A DNA stretch of 34,439 bases from a virus (lineage: Duplodnaviria; Caudoviricetes), in IMG/VR virus record IMGVR_UViG_3300049139_000283, positions 1 through 34,439 of that record; one strand, given 5' to 3'. The notes beneath the pieces were generated by a model. It saw nothing but the letters and a program-made list of their open reading frames with translations, did no database searches and was not told where the DNA came from. A program made the translations under genes and the position numbers. Numbering within the stretch: position 1 is the first letter of the stretch; every line of letters starts with the position of its first letter. Of this stretch, positions 1 to 8,321 are shown piece after piece.

Positions 1-162
1 GTGGGGGGTGCGGGCTGCGGCCTGCTGCTCGGGGGTGAGTGGGGTGAGGTCGGCGGTGATGTGGAGGGCTGCGCGGTCGCCGACGAGCTGGGAGAGGATG
101 GGCGCGCGGCAGGCGGGGCAGCGGGAGTCGTCGCCGCCTCGCCGTACCGCGCGCCCGGCCAT
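1..162 (-). CDS. Hypothetical early protein with CxxC motif (partial, runs off window)
   Basis: ATG at 162 overlaps the upstream stop (TGATG); reads MAGRAVRRGGDDSRCPACRAPILSQLVG..., open to the window edge. Confidence 0.6.
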   Translation of the reverse strand, partial: MAGRAVRRGGDDSRCPACRAPILSQLVGDRAALHITADLTPLTPEQQAAARTPH

Positions 163-482
163 CAGGCGGCGTCGTCGTTCTGGAAGAGGGTTCCGCCGCT
201 GGTGCGCCGCTCGTACATCTCGCGCTGGAGGCCGCGGAGGCGGCCGCCGGTGATCTCGTCGGCGGCGACCTCGATGCTCGTCACGCGGACCTTCACGGCC
301 GGGTTCTTGTCCTCGTCGGGACCCGGTTCGACGCGCTCGACGTGGGCGAGCTCGACGACGGCGATCCACCGGCCGCGGCGCTGCTTGAACATCTGCTCGG
401 CGTGGGGTTCGAGGGCTTCGGCGACGTCGGTCAAGACCTTGGAGTCGAACTTCACGTCGGCGTCGATGGGCTGGAGGGTCAT
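162..482 (-). CDS. Hypothetical phage protein
   Basis: MTLQPIDADVKFDSKVLTDVAEALEP...; ATGA overlap with upstream gene; C-terminal part of ORF 162..1049. Confidence 0.75.
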   Translation of the reverse strand: MTLQPIDADVKFDSKVLTDVAEALEPHAEQMFKQRRGRWIAVVELAHVERVEPGPDEDKNPAVKVRVTSIEVAADEITGGRLRGLQREMYERRTSGGTLFQNDDAA

Positions 483-730
483 GCGGCGTGCCTTTCGGTG
501 TGGGTGGTGGTGGCCGGGCAGGTGGCCCGGTGGTCGGTCCGGATCCGGGCGACGAACGTCTGGACGGCGTGGGGGCCGGTGACGGGGCCTTCGGTGGTGT
601 GGCAAAGGAGGCACTCGAAGCGAGCGCGGGGCTGGCGGGTCCACCGGATTTCGCCGGCGCGATCGCCGTGGCGGATCTCGCGGCCCTCGCCGAGGTCGAC
701 GAAGAGGGCGCCGAGGACGCGGGCGGTCAT
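479..730 (-). CDS. Hypothetical small protein with CxxC and HxxxC (possible zinc finger)
   Basis: FECLLCH...DHRATC; coupled to both neighbours by ATGA overlaps. Confidence 0.7.
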   Translation of the reverse strand: MTARVLGALFVDLGEGREIRHGDRAGEIRWTRQPRARFECLLCHTTEGPVTGPHAVQTFVARIRTDHRATCPATTTHTERHAA

Positions 731-1161
731 ACGGTGGCGCCAAAGATGGCGGCGTACGTGGCTCGGTTGCGCTGCCGCATCGGCTGGTCCTCGACGTGGT
801 CCAGCGCGACGCAGGCCGACAGATCACAGCCCGGCGTGACCCGGCCGACCGGCTCCCGACCGTGTCGAATGATGAACGCCGCGCGTCGGGCGGTGTACCG
901 CTGCCGGTCGAACCTGAAGCACGGGGTGCCGTTGACGTACTTGCCGTTCCACAACAGGTGGCCGTCCTCAATCGGGTGGGTACGGTCACGGAATGCCTGT
1001 GCCAAGGACGCCTGCGGCTTCCTGCCGGCCTTGCACTTCGGCAACCCAAGAGCGGCGCGGTGCCGGGCTACGGTGACGTGGCTGACGTGCAGCTGGGCCT
1101 CGATGGCGCGGTCGGTCAGGCCTGCGTGGAGGAGTTCGGTGATGTCGGGGCGGAGGTTCAT
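727..1161 (-). CDS. HTH plus degenerate HNH-like (His-Me finger) protein
   Basis: N-terminal GLTDRAIEAQLHVSHVTVARHR HTH; C-terminal HLLWNG...TARRAAF...GCDLSACVALDHV resembles phage HNH zinc-loop. Confidence 0.65.
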   Translation of the reverse strand: MNLRPDITELLHAGLTDRAIEAQLHVSHVTVARHRAALGLPKCKAGRKPQASLAQAFRDRTHPIEDGHLLWNGKYVNGTPCFRFDRQRYTARRAAFIIRHGREPVGRVTPGCDLSACVALDHVEDQPMRQRNRATYAAIFGATV

Positions 1162-1427
1162 GCGGCCCCCCGCCGCTGGCGGAGCGCGCGCCGCTCGCGC
1201 TCGGACAGGCCGCCCCACACGCCGTACTTCTCGCCGTGGGTGAGGGCGTACTCCAGGCATTCCGGGCGCACTTCGCACGCCAGGCACGTCTCCTTCGCCT
1301 GCTGCGGCGTGCCGCCCTGCTCCGGGAAGAAGGACTCGGGGTCGGTCTGGGCGCACAGGGCGTCGTCCTGCCAGCGGTACGGGCGGGCGACGGTGTCGGG
1401 CGCGGGGTTGAGGTTGATCAGGTTCAT
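1158..1427 (-). CDS. whiB: WhiB family Fe-S transcriptional regulator
   Basis: WQDDALCAQTDPESFFPE...AKETCLACEVRPECLEYAL...GVWGGLSERERR: four Cys and the GVWGG turn. Confidence 0.95.
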   Translation of the reverse strand: MNLINLNPAPDTVARPYRWQDDALCAQTDPESFFPEQGGTPQQAKETCLACEVRPECLEYALTHGEKYGVWGGLSERERRALRQRRGAA

Positions 1428-2017
1428 CGGGCCACCGCCGGGACTGTGGCGGGCCACTCGACGCTCTTCAGCGCGCGGGCGTGTGTCTGGGGGACGTCGG
1501 CTACCGGGTAGCCGAGCCAGTGCGCGCCGAGGCACGCCATGGTGACGGCGTCGGCCTTGTCGTACCGGCCGGCGCCCTCGCACTCGACGCCGAAGTGCTG
1601 GCGGACGCCGTCGCGGACTTCGCCCTTGTCCGCGTTGCCGTTGCCGGTGGCGTAGATCGCTCGGACCTTGGGCGGGCAGACGGCGTACGGGATGGCGCGG
1701 CGCCACAGGTCGTGCGTGATCATCCACCACAGGCCGCCCATTTCGTGGTGCCCGGCCATTGCGCCGTGCCCGTACGACGGGCCCTCGACGACGACAAGGT
1801 CAGCCGCCTTGGTGCGGTCGTAGATCTCCATGCGCAGCCAGGACAGGCGCCGGTGGCCCTTGTGACGGGACTTGAGCGCTTCGGCCCAGTCGACGCCGGC
1901 GACGCCGGTGGAAGTGAGGGACAGGTCGAGGCCGATGACGAGGGGCCGGGTGGCCCCGGCCGCGGCCGGGCGGGTGGTCAGCCCGGCCGCGGGGGTTTCG
2001 AGGGTGAGCTGCGTCAT
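1424..2017 (-). CDS. RuvC-like Holliday junction resolvase
   Basis: VIGLDLSLTSTGVA, VVVEGP, GNGNADK and DKADA acidic motifs of the RuvC/RNase H fold. Confidence 0.85.
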   Translation of the reverse strand: MTQLTLETPAAGLTTRPAAAGATRPLVIGLDLSLTSTGVAGVDWAEALKSRHKGHRRLSWLRMEIYDRTKAADLVVVEGPSYGHGAMAGHHEMGGLWWMITHDLWRRAIPYAVCPPKVRAIYATGNGNADKGEVRDGVRQHFGVECEGAGRYDKADAVTMACLGAHWLGYPVADVPQTHARALKSVEWPATVPAVAR

Positions 2018-2727
2018 GACGCGTCCTCTCGCTGGTGCGGGATGAGGGGCCACTCGGGCGGGCAGTACGCGGCCGGGTCCTTCTTGCGCAGGTACTCCTG
2101 CAAGGAGGCGGCCTGCTCGGCGGCCCAACCGGCCTGCGCGGCGTACAGGTCGGGCAGCGTCATCTCGGCGAGCCGGGGGTACTGGGTGGCCTGCCGCCAG
2201 GCGACGCGGCATGCGGCGATGGCGTCGGCGTCCGCCGAGTGCGCGCCGTCGAGCGGGACGCGGTAGTGCGTGCACAGGTCGGTCAAGGTGCGCTTGCCGC
2301 GCCGGTAGCGGTCGACGGCCTTGTCGATGACGAAGGGGTCGACGACGACGAGTCCGGCGAGCCCGTCGGGCAGCGGGTCCACACCGTGGCGGCGGGCTTC
2401 GCGGTCGAGCATGGTGAGGTCGAAGCGCGCGTTCATCGCCACGATCGGGATCCCGTGGGTGATGGCCTGCCCGAGCGCGGCGACCACCTCGGCGACCACC
2501 TCGGCCGCCGGGCGGCCCTCGGCGCGGGCGCGCTCGGTGGTGATGCCGTGCACCTGCGCGGCCTGCTCGGGGATGTCGATGCCGGGGTCGGCGAGCCAGG
2601 TGGCGGACTGGGTGGGTTGTCCGCCGCCGCACTGGACGACGCAGGCGGTGACGATGCGGTCGGTCTCGACGTCGACGCCTGTGGTTTCCAGGTCGAAGCC
2701 GCACAGACGGCCGGTGTGCCAGCTCAT
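2014..2727 (-). CDS. DnaQ-like DEDDh 3'-5' exonuclease
   Basis: GFDLETTG (ExoI), AMNARFDLTML (ExoII), AHSADADA (ExoIII). Confidence 0.92.
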   Translation of the reverse strand: MSWHTGRLCGFDLETTGVDVETDRIVTACVVQCGGGQPTQSATWLADPGIDIPEQAAQVHGITTERARAEGRPAAEVVAEVVAALGQAITHGIPIVAMNARFDLTMLDREARRHGVDPLPDGLAGLVVVDPFVIDKAVDRYRRGKRTLTDLCTHYRVPLDGAHSADADAIAACRVAWRQATQYPRLAEMTLPDLYAAQAGWAAEQAASLQEYLRKKDPAAYCPPEWPLIPHQREDAS

Positions 2728-3797
2728 CGGCGGGCCCCCTGTCCGGGCTGCGCGACCGCCGGCCAGCCACCCGACGGATCGGGCTGCTCGTCGACGACGA
2801 CCGCGTCGACGACGCCGTCCTCGTCCGGCTCGGCCTCCGCCGACCAACTTGCCTCGCCAGCCGCGTCGGTCGTCTCCTCGACGTCCTTCCGCGCGGCGAT
2901 GGCCATCAGCTCCTTGGACAGGTCGTCGCGGCCCTTGGGGTCGACGTGACCGGCCTTGGACGCCTTGCGCCACACGTCACGGACGTCGTCGGACGTCAGC
3001 GCGCCCTCGGCCTCCGCGACGTAATCCGGGCGCGGCGCCTCGATCGCGGCGACACCCCGCGAACCAGTCGGGTCCAGCGCCACGGCCGTCGGCAGCGGCC
3101 CGGTGAGCGCCTGGCGCGGTGTCACGTCCCTCGCCTCAACGACCACCACGGGAAAGTGCTTTGTCTGTCCGCCCGCCACTCGGGTGCGCTGCTCGACGCG
3201 CAGCCGTACCGGAAACAGCCCCTTGCCGCCCGTACCCGCGAGCACCATGTCGACGGTCCCCGCCAGCTCGTTCGCGGCGTAGAAGCTGTGTGTCTCGACC
3301 CGCCACACGCCGACGTCCGGCATGTCCGGCAGGACGACGCTCAGCCGGGAGGTGGCGGCGCACACCTTGTCCTTGGTGCGGATGTCCTGCCGCAGCAGGT
3401 GCCACTCGGGACCGTGCTCGGCGAAGCACAGGCAGGGGTGGCGGCTGATCTGCTCCGTCTCGCCGTCGCAGCGGCGGACGCAGCCGCCCTTGTTCCACAT
3501 CTCGTTCGCCTGCGACAGCGGGTCGCCTGGCGGGAGCAGGGCGTCGAGTTGCTCGGCCTCGGTGATGACGCGGAATTGCGGGGCGCCGTTGCCCTGCGGC
3601 TGCCAGCGCTCGACCTTGCCGCCCCACGCGGTAGCGGCGGCCTGGACGTAGTGCTCGGCGTGGCTGCTGACCACCCACGTCTTGGACTTGACCGGCCGAG
3701 GCCGCTTGTTCGGGTCCTGGTTCGGGACGCTGTAGCCGGTGCGGAGCCGCCCGAGTTCGCGGGCCTGCTTCTGCATCGTGCGGATACGGGAGCCCAT
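2724..3797 (-). CDS. Gp3-like / 'recombination directionality factor'-like protein, putative recombinase
   Basis: MGSRIRTMQKQARELGRLRTG...RRCDGE...GVWRVETHSFYAANEL...FPVVVVE; directly downstream of an exonuclease; family recognised from memory. Confidence 0.6.
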   Translation of the reverse strand: MGSRIRTMQKQARELGRLRTGYSVPNQDPNKRPRPVKSKTWVVSSHAEHYVQAAATAWGGKVERWQPQGNGAPQFRVITEAEQLDALLPPGDPLSQANEMWNKGGCVRRCDGETEQISRHPCLCFAEHGPEWHLLRQDIRTKDKVCAATSRLSVVLPDMPDVGVWRVETHSFYAANELAGTVDMVLAGTGGKGLFPVRLRVEQRTRVAGGQTKHFPVVVVEARDVTPRQALTGPLPTAVALDPTGSRGVAAIEAPRPDYVAEAEGALTSDDVRDVWRKASKAGHVDPKGRDDLSKELMAIAARKDVEETTDAAGEASWSAEAEPDEDGVVDAVVVDEQPDPSGGWPAVAQPGQGARR

Positions 3798-3798
3798 G

Positions 3799-4626
3799 TC
3801 AGGCTGCCTTTCGGATCGTCCGCGCGGCCGGGGCCTGGAGCGCGGGATAGGTGGTGGGCGCGGCGTGCAGCCACTTGGTGGTTTCGAGGGCGCCGCGGAA
3901 AGCCCTGTGGGCGTCCCGGCCGGCGGGCATCTCGACGAGCGCGTGCGACCGAGCACGGAGGTTGAGGACGCCAGTGCGCTGCACCTTCGGCATCGGCTCG
4001 TTGGTGTCGTCCGGCAGGAGCACGGCCTCGGCGTAGCGGAGCGCCGCCAACTGCAAGGTGTTCTCCGGGTACACCGACTTCGCCGGCCGGGTGGCGCTGG
4101 TCTTGTAGTCGATGAGCCACAGCTCCAGCCGCCCGCCGGGACCGGTCGGCAGCCACACGAGGAGGTCTGCGGTGCCCGCGTAGCCGAGGCGCCGGTGGAG
4201 ACAGGTGATCTCGGTGGCGACGACGTGCTCGTCGAGGTCGATCCCCCAGGAGGTCAGCCAGGTGTCGAGCTGCGCGATGTACGGGAGTACCTCGGCGTCG
4301 TCCGGGACTGGGGCGCCGAGGACGCGGGCCTCCGCGGCGGCGTGGACGCGGTCGCCGAGGTCGGCGGCGCGCTCCTTCGCGGCGCGGTGGAGGGCCTTGA
4401 TTTCCTTGGTGAGCGCCGGCCGATCGGTGAGGACGCGGTGGGCGATGGCCTTCCAGTTGTCGAGGACGTACTCCACCGTGACCTTGACGCCCCACGGCAC
4501 GAGCGCCATGGACTTGTTCACGGCGGTGTCGATGACGTTGGTGACGGACACGAGGTCGGGGCCCCCGGCGGGGTCGGTGTAGTACCGACCCCGCTCGGTG
4601 TCCCGCGCGTGCTTGGGACTGGTCAC
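3799..4626 (-). CDS. PD-(D/E)XK (RecB/Cas4-like) exonuclease
   Basis: SVTNVI, GDRVH, EITCLHRRLGYAGTADL, IDYKT and LQLAALRYA motifs. Confidence 0.85.
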   Translation of the reverse strand: MTSPKHARDTERGRYYTDPAGGPDLVSVTNVIDTAVNKSMALVPWGVKVTVEYVLDNWKAIAHRVLTDRPALTKEIKALHRAAKERAADLGDRVHAAAEARVLGAPVPDDAEVLPYIAQLDTWLTSWGIDLDEHVVATEITCLHRRLGYAGTADLLVWLPTGPGGRLELWLIDYKTSATRPAKSVYPENTLQLAALRYAEAVLLPDDTNEPMPKVQRTGVLNLRARSHALVEMPAGRDAHRAFRGALETTKWLHAAPTTYPALQAPAARTIRKAA

Positions 4627-5240
4627 GCATCAGCCTCCGGGTCGTACTCGGACGCCACCGTGAGCGGGTACACGGCGTACCCGGTTGCCTGCTCGTCGCC
4701 GTCGATCTCGACGACGAGCTCCGACGGCTCCTCGGGGTCGTCCTCGTCGCCGATCCAGCCGAAGAGGAGGGCGACGTCAGCCGGGTGCTGGTCGCTGACG
4801 GTTGCCTTGCAGTGGGCGCGGGCGGCTGCGGCGTTGGTGTAGGTGCCGAGGAGGAGTTCGTCCTCGGTGTTGACCGCGCGGTAGATGACCAGCTCGTCGG
4901 GCTGGGGAGTGAACTCGCCCTCGCGGGTGTCCTTCTCGTCCTGCGCGGACGCGGCCAGCGCCATGTCGCGAATGCGGAGCATGGCCAGGGCCAGACCGGC
5001 GGCCTGCTTGTCGTCCGACGTCTTGAGCCACATCTCGTGCAGCTCGTTGGCGGCGTCCCCCAGTACCTTGACCGGCGTCGGCACCAGCCAGCCGCCGACC
5101 TTCCGGCGGGTTTCCGGGTCCAGCAGCAGCGCCACCGGGCGTCCGTCCTCGGCGACGGCGCCGATCGTGAGGATCTGCTCCTCCTCGATCGCGGGCTCCA
5201 TGGCCACGTCGAAGCGGGACACGATGATCGGGGTGTTCAT
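4623..5240 (-). CDS. Hypothetical acidic phage protein
   Basis: 205-aa ORF coupled to neighbours by ATGA/GTGA overlaps. Confidence 0.7.
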   Translation of the reverse strand: MNTPIIVSRFDVAMEPAIEEEQILTIGAVAEDGRPVALLLDPETRRKVGGWLVPTPVKVLGDAANELHEMWLKTSDDKQAAGLALAMLRIRDMALAASAQDEKDTREGEFTPQPDELVIYRAVNTEDELLLGTYTNAAAARAHCKATVSDQHPADVALLFGWIGDEDDPEEPSELVVEIDGDEQATGYAVYPLTVASEYDPEADA

Positions 5241-5368
5241 GCGGCTTCACCCGCCTGACGCGACGTCGGCAGGAACCGGCGGACGCTCGTGAACCCGTCC
5301 TCCGCCATCGCCTGCTCCAGCGCTTCGCGCTCCAGCGCGGCCGGGTCGATCTCGAAGTCCTCACGCAT
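5237..5368 (-). CDS. Small hypothetical protein (43 aa)
   Basis: MREDFEIDPAALEREALEQAMAEDGFTSVRRFLPTSRQAGEAA*; fills the gap between coupled genes; not in ORF track. Confidence 0.6.
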   Translation of the reverse strand: MREDFEIDPAALEREALEQAMAEDGFTSVRRFLPTSRQAGEAA

Positions 5369-5582
5369 CGCAGTCCTCCGGGTAGTCGTGGCGGTCGTCG
5401 AAGCTGCGGCACAGGAACGAGCACCAGGTGCGCCCGGCCGGGACGTCCCGCCCGCAGCCGAGGCAGTCGGTCACTGGACGCGCCGGCCGCACCGTGTACG
5501 CGACGGCCGTGGTGCTGTGGTCGATGGCCCAGCGGACGAGAAGCAGGGCGACGAGCGCGGTGGTGGGGTACAGCCAGATCAC
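5361..5582 (-). CDS. Small membrane protein with C-terminal Cys4 motif
   Basis: Hydrophobic N-terminus; CLGCG...WCSFLC. Confidence 0.65.
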   Translation of the reverse strand: MIWLYPTTALVALLLVRWAIDHSTTAVAYTVRPARPVTDCLGCGRDVPAGRTWCSFLCRSFDDRHDYPEDCDA

Positions 5583-6049
5583 GGCGCCACCTCCGGCGCG
5601 GGCAGGTCGTGCGGCGTCCGGTAGTCGCGGTGCAGCGGCGACACGAAGCGGTCCTCGCGGTCGCCGAGCGGCTGCGCGTCACGCTGGCGGGCCAGCACCC
5701 TCCGCAGGCGCCCCACCGACTCGCAGCGAGCCGAGCAGAAGTCGCTGATGTTCTCGTCGTCCAGGCCCTCACCACAGGCCTCGCACGTCTGCCCGTTCAC
5801 CTCGGCGGCCAGCTCAGTCAGCGCGTACGCGATCGGGTCCTCATCGACCGTCCGCGTCGCCCCGTCCCCGGCGGCCGCGCGCAGCTGGCGCAGCTCCTCC
5901 GCCGTCTCCGGGTCCATCAGCAGGCCCGCCGCGCCGAGCGCGAACACGACCGTCTCGACGATGTGCGACGTCGGCGACGCCGACCTCAGCAGCGCCGCGT
6001 TGCCCGTACGGATCGCCAGCCGCTCGGCGGGCGTCGGCGAGTGCGTCAT
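5579..6049 (-). CDS. Hypothetical protein with CxxC...CxxxC
   Basis: MTHSPTPAERLAIR...CEACGE...FCSARC...PLHRDYRTPHDLP; ATGA overlap. Confidence 0.7.
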   Translation of the reverse strand: MTHSPTPAERLAIRTGNAALLRSASPTSHIVETVVFALGAAGLLMDPETAEELRQLRAAAGDGATRTVDEDPIAYALTELAAEVNGQTCEACGEGLDDENISDFCSARCESVGRLRRVLARQRDAQPLGDREDRFVSPLHRDYRTPHDLPAPEVAP

Positions 6050-6327
6050 GCCGCCACCGCCCCACGCCGTGTCAGCGGGCCGAAGGACAGCTCGACCATC
6101 CGCAGCGTCCACGGGAACGACGGGCCCTCGCCGCGGTCGTTCTCGGTCAGCGGCTCCGGGCATTCGAGGATCGGCTGGCCGTCGGCCGTGGTCCGGCCGG
6201 TGGTGTGCCACTCGTCTCCGTCCCGGTCGACGTACACGACCGGCGGAGCGGGCGGGGTGGCGATGCCGGTGACCAGCACCGGACGCCGATCCCCGGCGGG
6301 GATGTTGGTCGGTAGAGTGATACTCAC
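6046..6327 (-). CDS. Hypothetical Streptomyces phage protein (possibly phiSA1p31-related)
   Basis: GTG after GAGG RBS; VYVDRDGDEWHTTG...ELSFGPL. Confidence 0.6.
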   Translation of the reverse strand: MSITLPTNIPAGDRRPVLVTGIATPPAPPVVYVDRDGDEWHTTGRTTADGQPILECPEPLTENDRGEGPSFPWTLRMVELSFGPLTRRGAVAA

Positions 6328-6414
6328 GGTGACCTCGATTTCTTCGAGTGGTTGAGGTGTGCCGAGGGGTCGCATACGGACCGGCCAGGGTCCGAGCGGC
6401 CCCGTTCTTGTTGG

Positions 6415-6681
6415 TCAGGCAGTGCGCACAGCCGCGCCGCGGGGCGGCAGCGGGCGAAGGTGCGCCATGGGATGCGGCCCGGAAGCCGGAGGCGGGACGA
6501 TGGCCAGAGGGCCGGTCGTCGGCTCGTAGTGGGTGAGCTGGTCGATGCGCTCCAGGTCCGCCTCGGTGAAGACCACCTCGCGGCCCCGCTTCTTGTGCGG
6601 CAGGCGCTTGATGTTCCGGCGCAGCCACCGCTCCTCAACGCGGAGGGCGGCGGCGGCCTCGGGGTACGTGTAGCGCCTCAT
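6415..6681 (-). CDS. Excisionase-like (MerR/HTH_17) DNA-binding protein
   Basis: MRRYTYPEAAAALRVEERWLRRNIKRLPHKKRGREVVFTEADLERI; second gene of the early operon. Confidence 0.75.
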   Translation of the reverse strand: MRRYTYPEAAAALRVEERWLRRNIKRLPHKKRGREVVFTEADLERIDQLTHYEPTTGPLAIVPPPASGPHPMAHLRPLPPRGAAVRTA

Positions 6682-6974
6682 GCCGCCGCCTCGGCCGGTG
6701 GCTGGTTCTGGTTCGCGCCTCCGGGCGGAACTGCACGCCCCGTGGGGGCCCACAGGAAGAGCAGGTCCACGCCGATGACCTGGCAGATCTGCTCGGCCAC
6801 GCGGGTGGACGTGGTCTTGGTCGTGCCGTTGAGAAGGTTCTGGATGGTGCCGTGGGAGACGGCCACGCGGCTGGCCAGCTCGCGGCCGGAGATGGCGGTA
6901 CCAGCGCCGGTGCGCTCCATCGCCATAGCCAGACGAGCCGGGCTGACCAGCAGATATCGCTGTGCAGGGTCCAT
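6678..6974 (-). CDS. Cro-like XRE HTH regulator
   Basis: ISGRELASRVAVSHGTIQNLLNG...AEQICQVIGVDLLFLW; divergent from the repressor. Confidence 0.85.
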   Translation of the reverse strand: MDPAQRYLLVSPARLAMAMERTGAGTAISGRELASRVAVSHGTIQNLLNGTTKTTSTRVAEQICQVIGVDLLFLWAPTGRAVPPGGANQNQPPAEAAA

Positions 6975-6995
6975 GAGTGCAGCCCCTTGACGGGT

Positions 6996-7129
6996 TGGCC
7001 AAAAACTTGGTCACTCATAGATTGCCAGGAAGTTGGTCAGCCTGTCCAGATTTTTGGTCAGCGGGTTTTCGTGATGATTCAGTCAAGGTCGGGCGGCGGG
7101 GTGGCGAGGGTTGCCTAAGTAGTTGGACA
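6996..7129. promoter_or_regulatory. Genetic-switch region with four operator-like sites, consensus TG(A)CCA-N6-TGG(T/A)CA
   Basis: TGGCCA-aaaact-TGGTCA 6996-7013; TTGCCA-ggaagt-TGGTCA 7022-7039; TGTCCA-gatttt-TGGTCA 7043-7060; TGCCTA-agtagt-TGGACA 7112-7129. Confidence 0.75.
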
Positions 7130-7236
7130 CTGTGACCATGTAGACAGCCAGGCTGGCGCTGCGAGCTGGGGATACCCAGGGCGCGCACCAGGGGCCACAT
7201 GGTCACCTGGCACCACAAGATCCGGAGACGGGGACC

Positions 7237-7683
7237 ATGATGATGACCGGCGAGGCGACCCGACCAACCGACTCGTCAGGGCGGCGTACCGAGTTCGCTG
7301 ACCTCGTGAGAAAGCGCATGGAGGAGCTCAGTGTTAGCGTCCGCGCTCTGGCGGCCCGCTGCATTGACCCGAATCCTGAGTTGCAACCGGTGCCGCAACA
7401 GGAGCGCGAGCTCGGGCCGCTCTGGAGTAGGGGGACGCTGCAAAACCTGATCAACGGGGAGCGCGTCAAGGCGCCTGGCCCTGCCGAACTTCGCGCGCTG
7501 GCTGCCGGCCTGAAGTTGCCGCTCCGCCTCCTCCAGGATGCTGCGGCGGCTCAGTATTTTGACCGCGATGCCGTGTATACCCCGGATGCCCGCGTTCGGG
7601 CGATGATCGCTCACTTTGAGGAGTTGAGCGAGGAGGATCAGCTCAAAGTTCTGCGGCTGATGGAGAGTTGGCGGGACGAGTGA
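7237..7683 (+). CDS. Immunity repressor, XRE-family HTH
   Basis: LSVSVRALAARC...SRGTLQNLING...ELRALAAGLKLP; divergent from the Cro-like gene, near the integrase. Confidence 0.8.
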   Translation: MMMTGEATRPTDSSGRRTEFADLVRKRMEELSVSVRALAARCIDPNPELQPVPQQERELGPLWSRGTLQNLINGERVKAPGPAELRALAAGLKLPLRLLQDAAAAQYFDRDAVYTPDARVRAMIAHFEELSEEDQLKVLRLMESWRDE

Positions 7684-7687
7684 TTTG

Positions 7688-7708
7688 TTACTGATGGGGT
7701 ATCAGTAA
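7688..7708. promoter_or_regulatory. AT-rich inverted repeat after the repressor stop
   Basis: TTACTGAT-ggggt-ATCAGTAA followed by TTTTT. Confidence 0.5.
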
Positions 7709-7858
7709 TTTTTCCACTTCCGTCTAGTGAAATATGCCCTCTGCCTGTGCATGATGGTGCTCCGCCTGGGGGGCGGAACATGGGGCTCCGCCTGGCTGCC
7801 GATTCGAACTGGCATGCCTATTGAGACGAGCACCACAGGTACGGAGGAACAGTCGAGC

Positions 7859-8311
7859 ATGGCGTACCAAGAAGTACGAGCCGTCTACCGCTTCGCCGAG
7901 CACCCCGACGAGATCCCCGCAGGGCGAGTCGTCACGGTGACCGATCTACCCGGAGAATGCACCGTCGTCATCCGCCCCGGACACGCCCGCCCCTGCCTCC
8001 TGTGGGCCATCCAGGACGCTCATCAGGCCACCCTCGCCCTTCAGCAGTGGATCCGCCTCGACGAGACCACGCCCGGTGTGGCGTCCCACCCGCGGCGCCT
8101 GACGGAGGCCGTCTGGCGCTTCGAGGCCGGCCTGCCGGAGGGGTTGCCCTGCATGCCGCTCGAGGAGCCGGGCCGGCATACCTGGCTCATCCGCCCGGGC
8201 CAAGCAAGCGAGGAACTGGTGAAGGAGATCAGCGAGCTGCTTACCGCGTTCGTCCGCTCCGGGATCTGGGTGCAGCGCTGGGGCGGCCACGACACGCCCC
8301 TGAGCGCGTGA
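7859..8311 (+). CDS. Hypothetical protein A (internally duplicated domain), paralog of 8322..8786
   Basis: GGAGG upstream; halves YRF..IPAGRV..VIRPGHA..QW and WRF..LPEGLP..LIRPGQA..IW. Confidence 0.8.
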   Translation: MAYQEVRAVYRFAEHPDEIPAGRVVTVTDLPGECTVVIRPGHARPCLLWAIQDAHQATLALQQWIRLDETTPGVASHPRRLTEAVWRFEAGLPEGLPCMPLEEPGRHTWLIRPGQASEELVKEISELLTAFVRSGIWVQRWGGHDTPLSA

Positions 8312-8321
8312 GGGAGACGTC

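Noticed and set aside
3799-4626. cas4 / CRISPR-Cas system
   Set aside because: No Fe-S Cys cluster, no other cas genes and no repeat-spacer array seen in the window; context is phage recombination
7803-7819. LexA/SOS box upstream of the paralog pair
   Set aside because: Only the TCGAAC half-site is present; the GTTCGA half is missing
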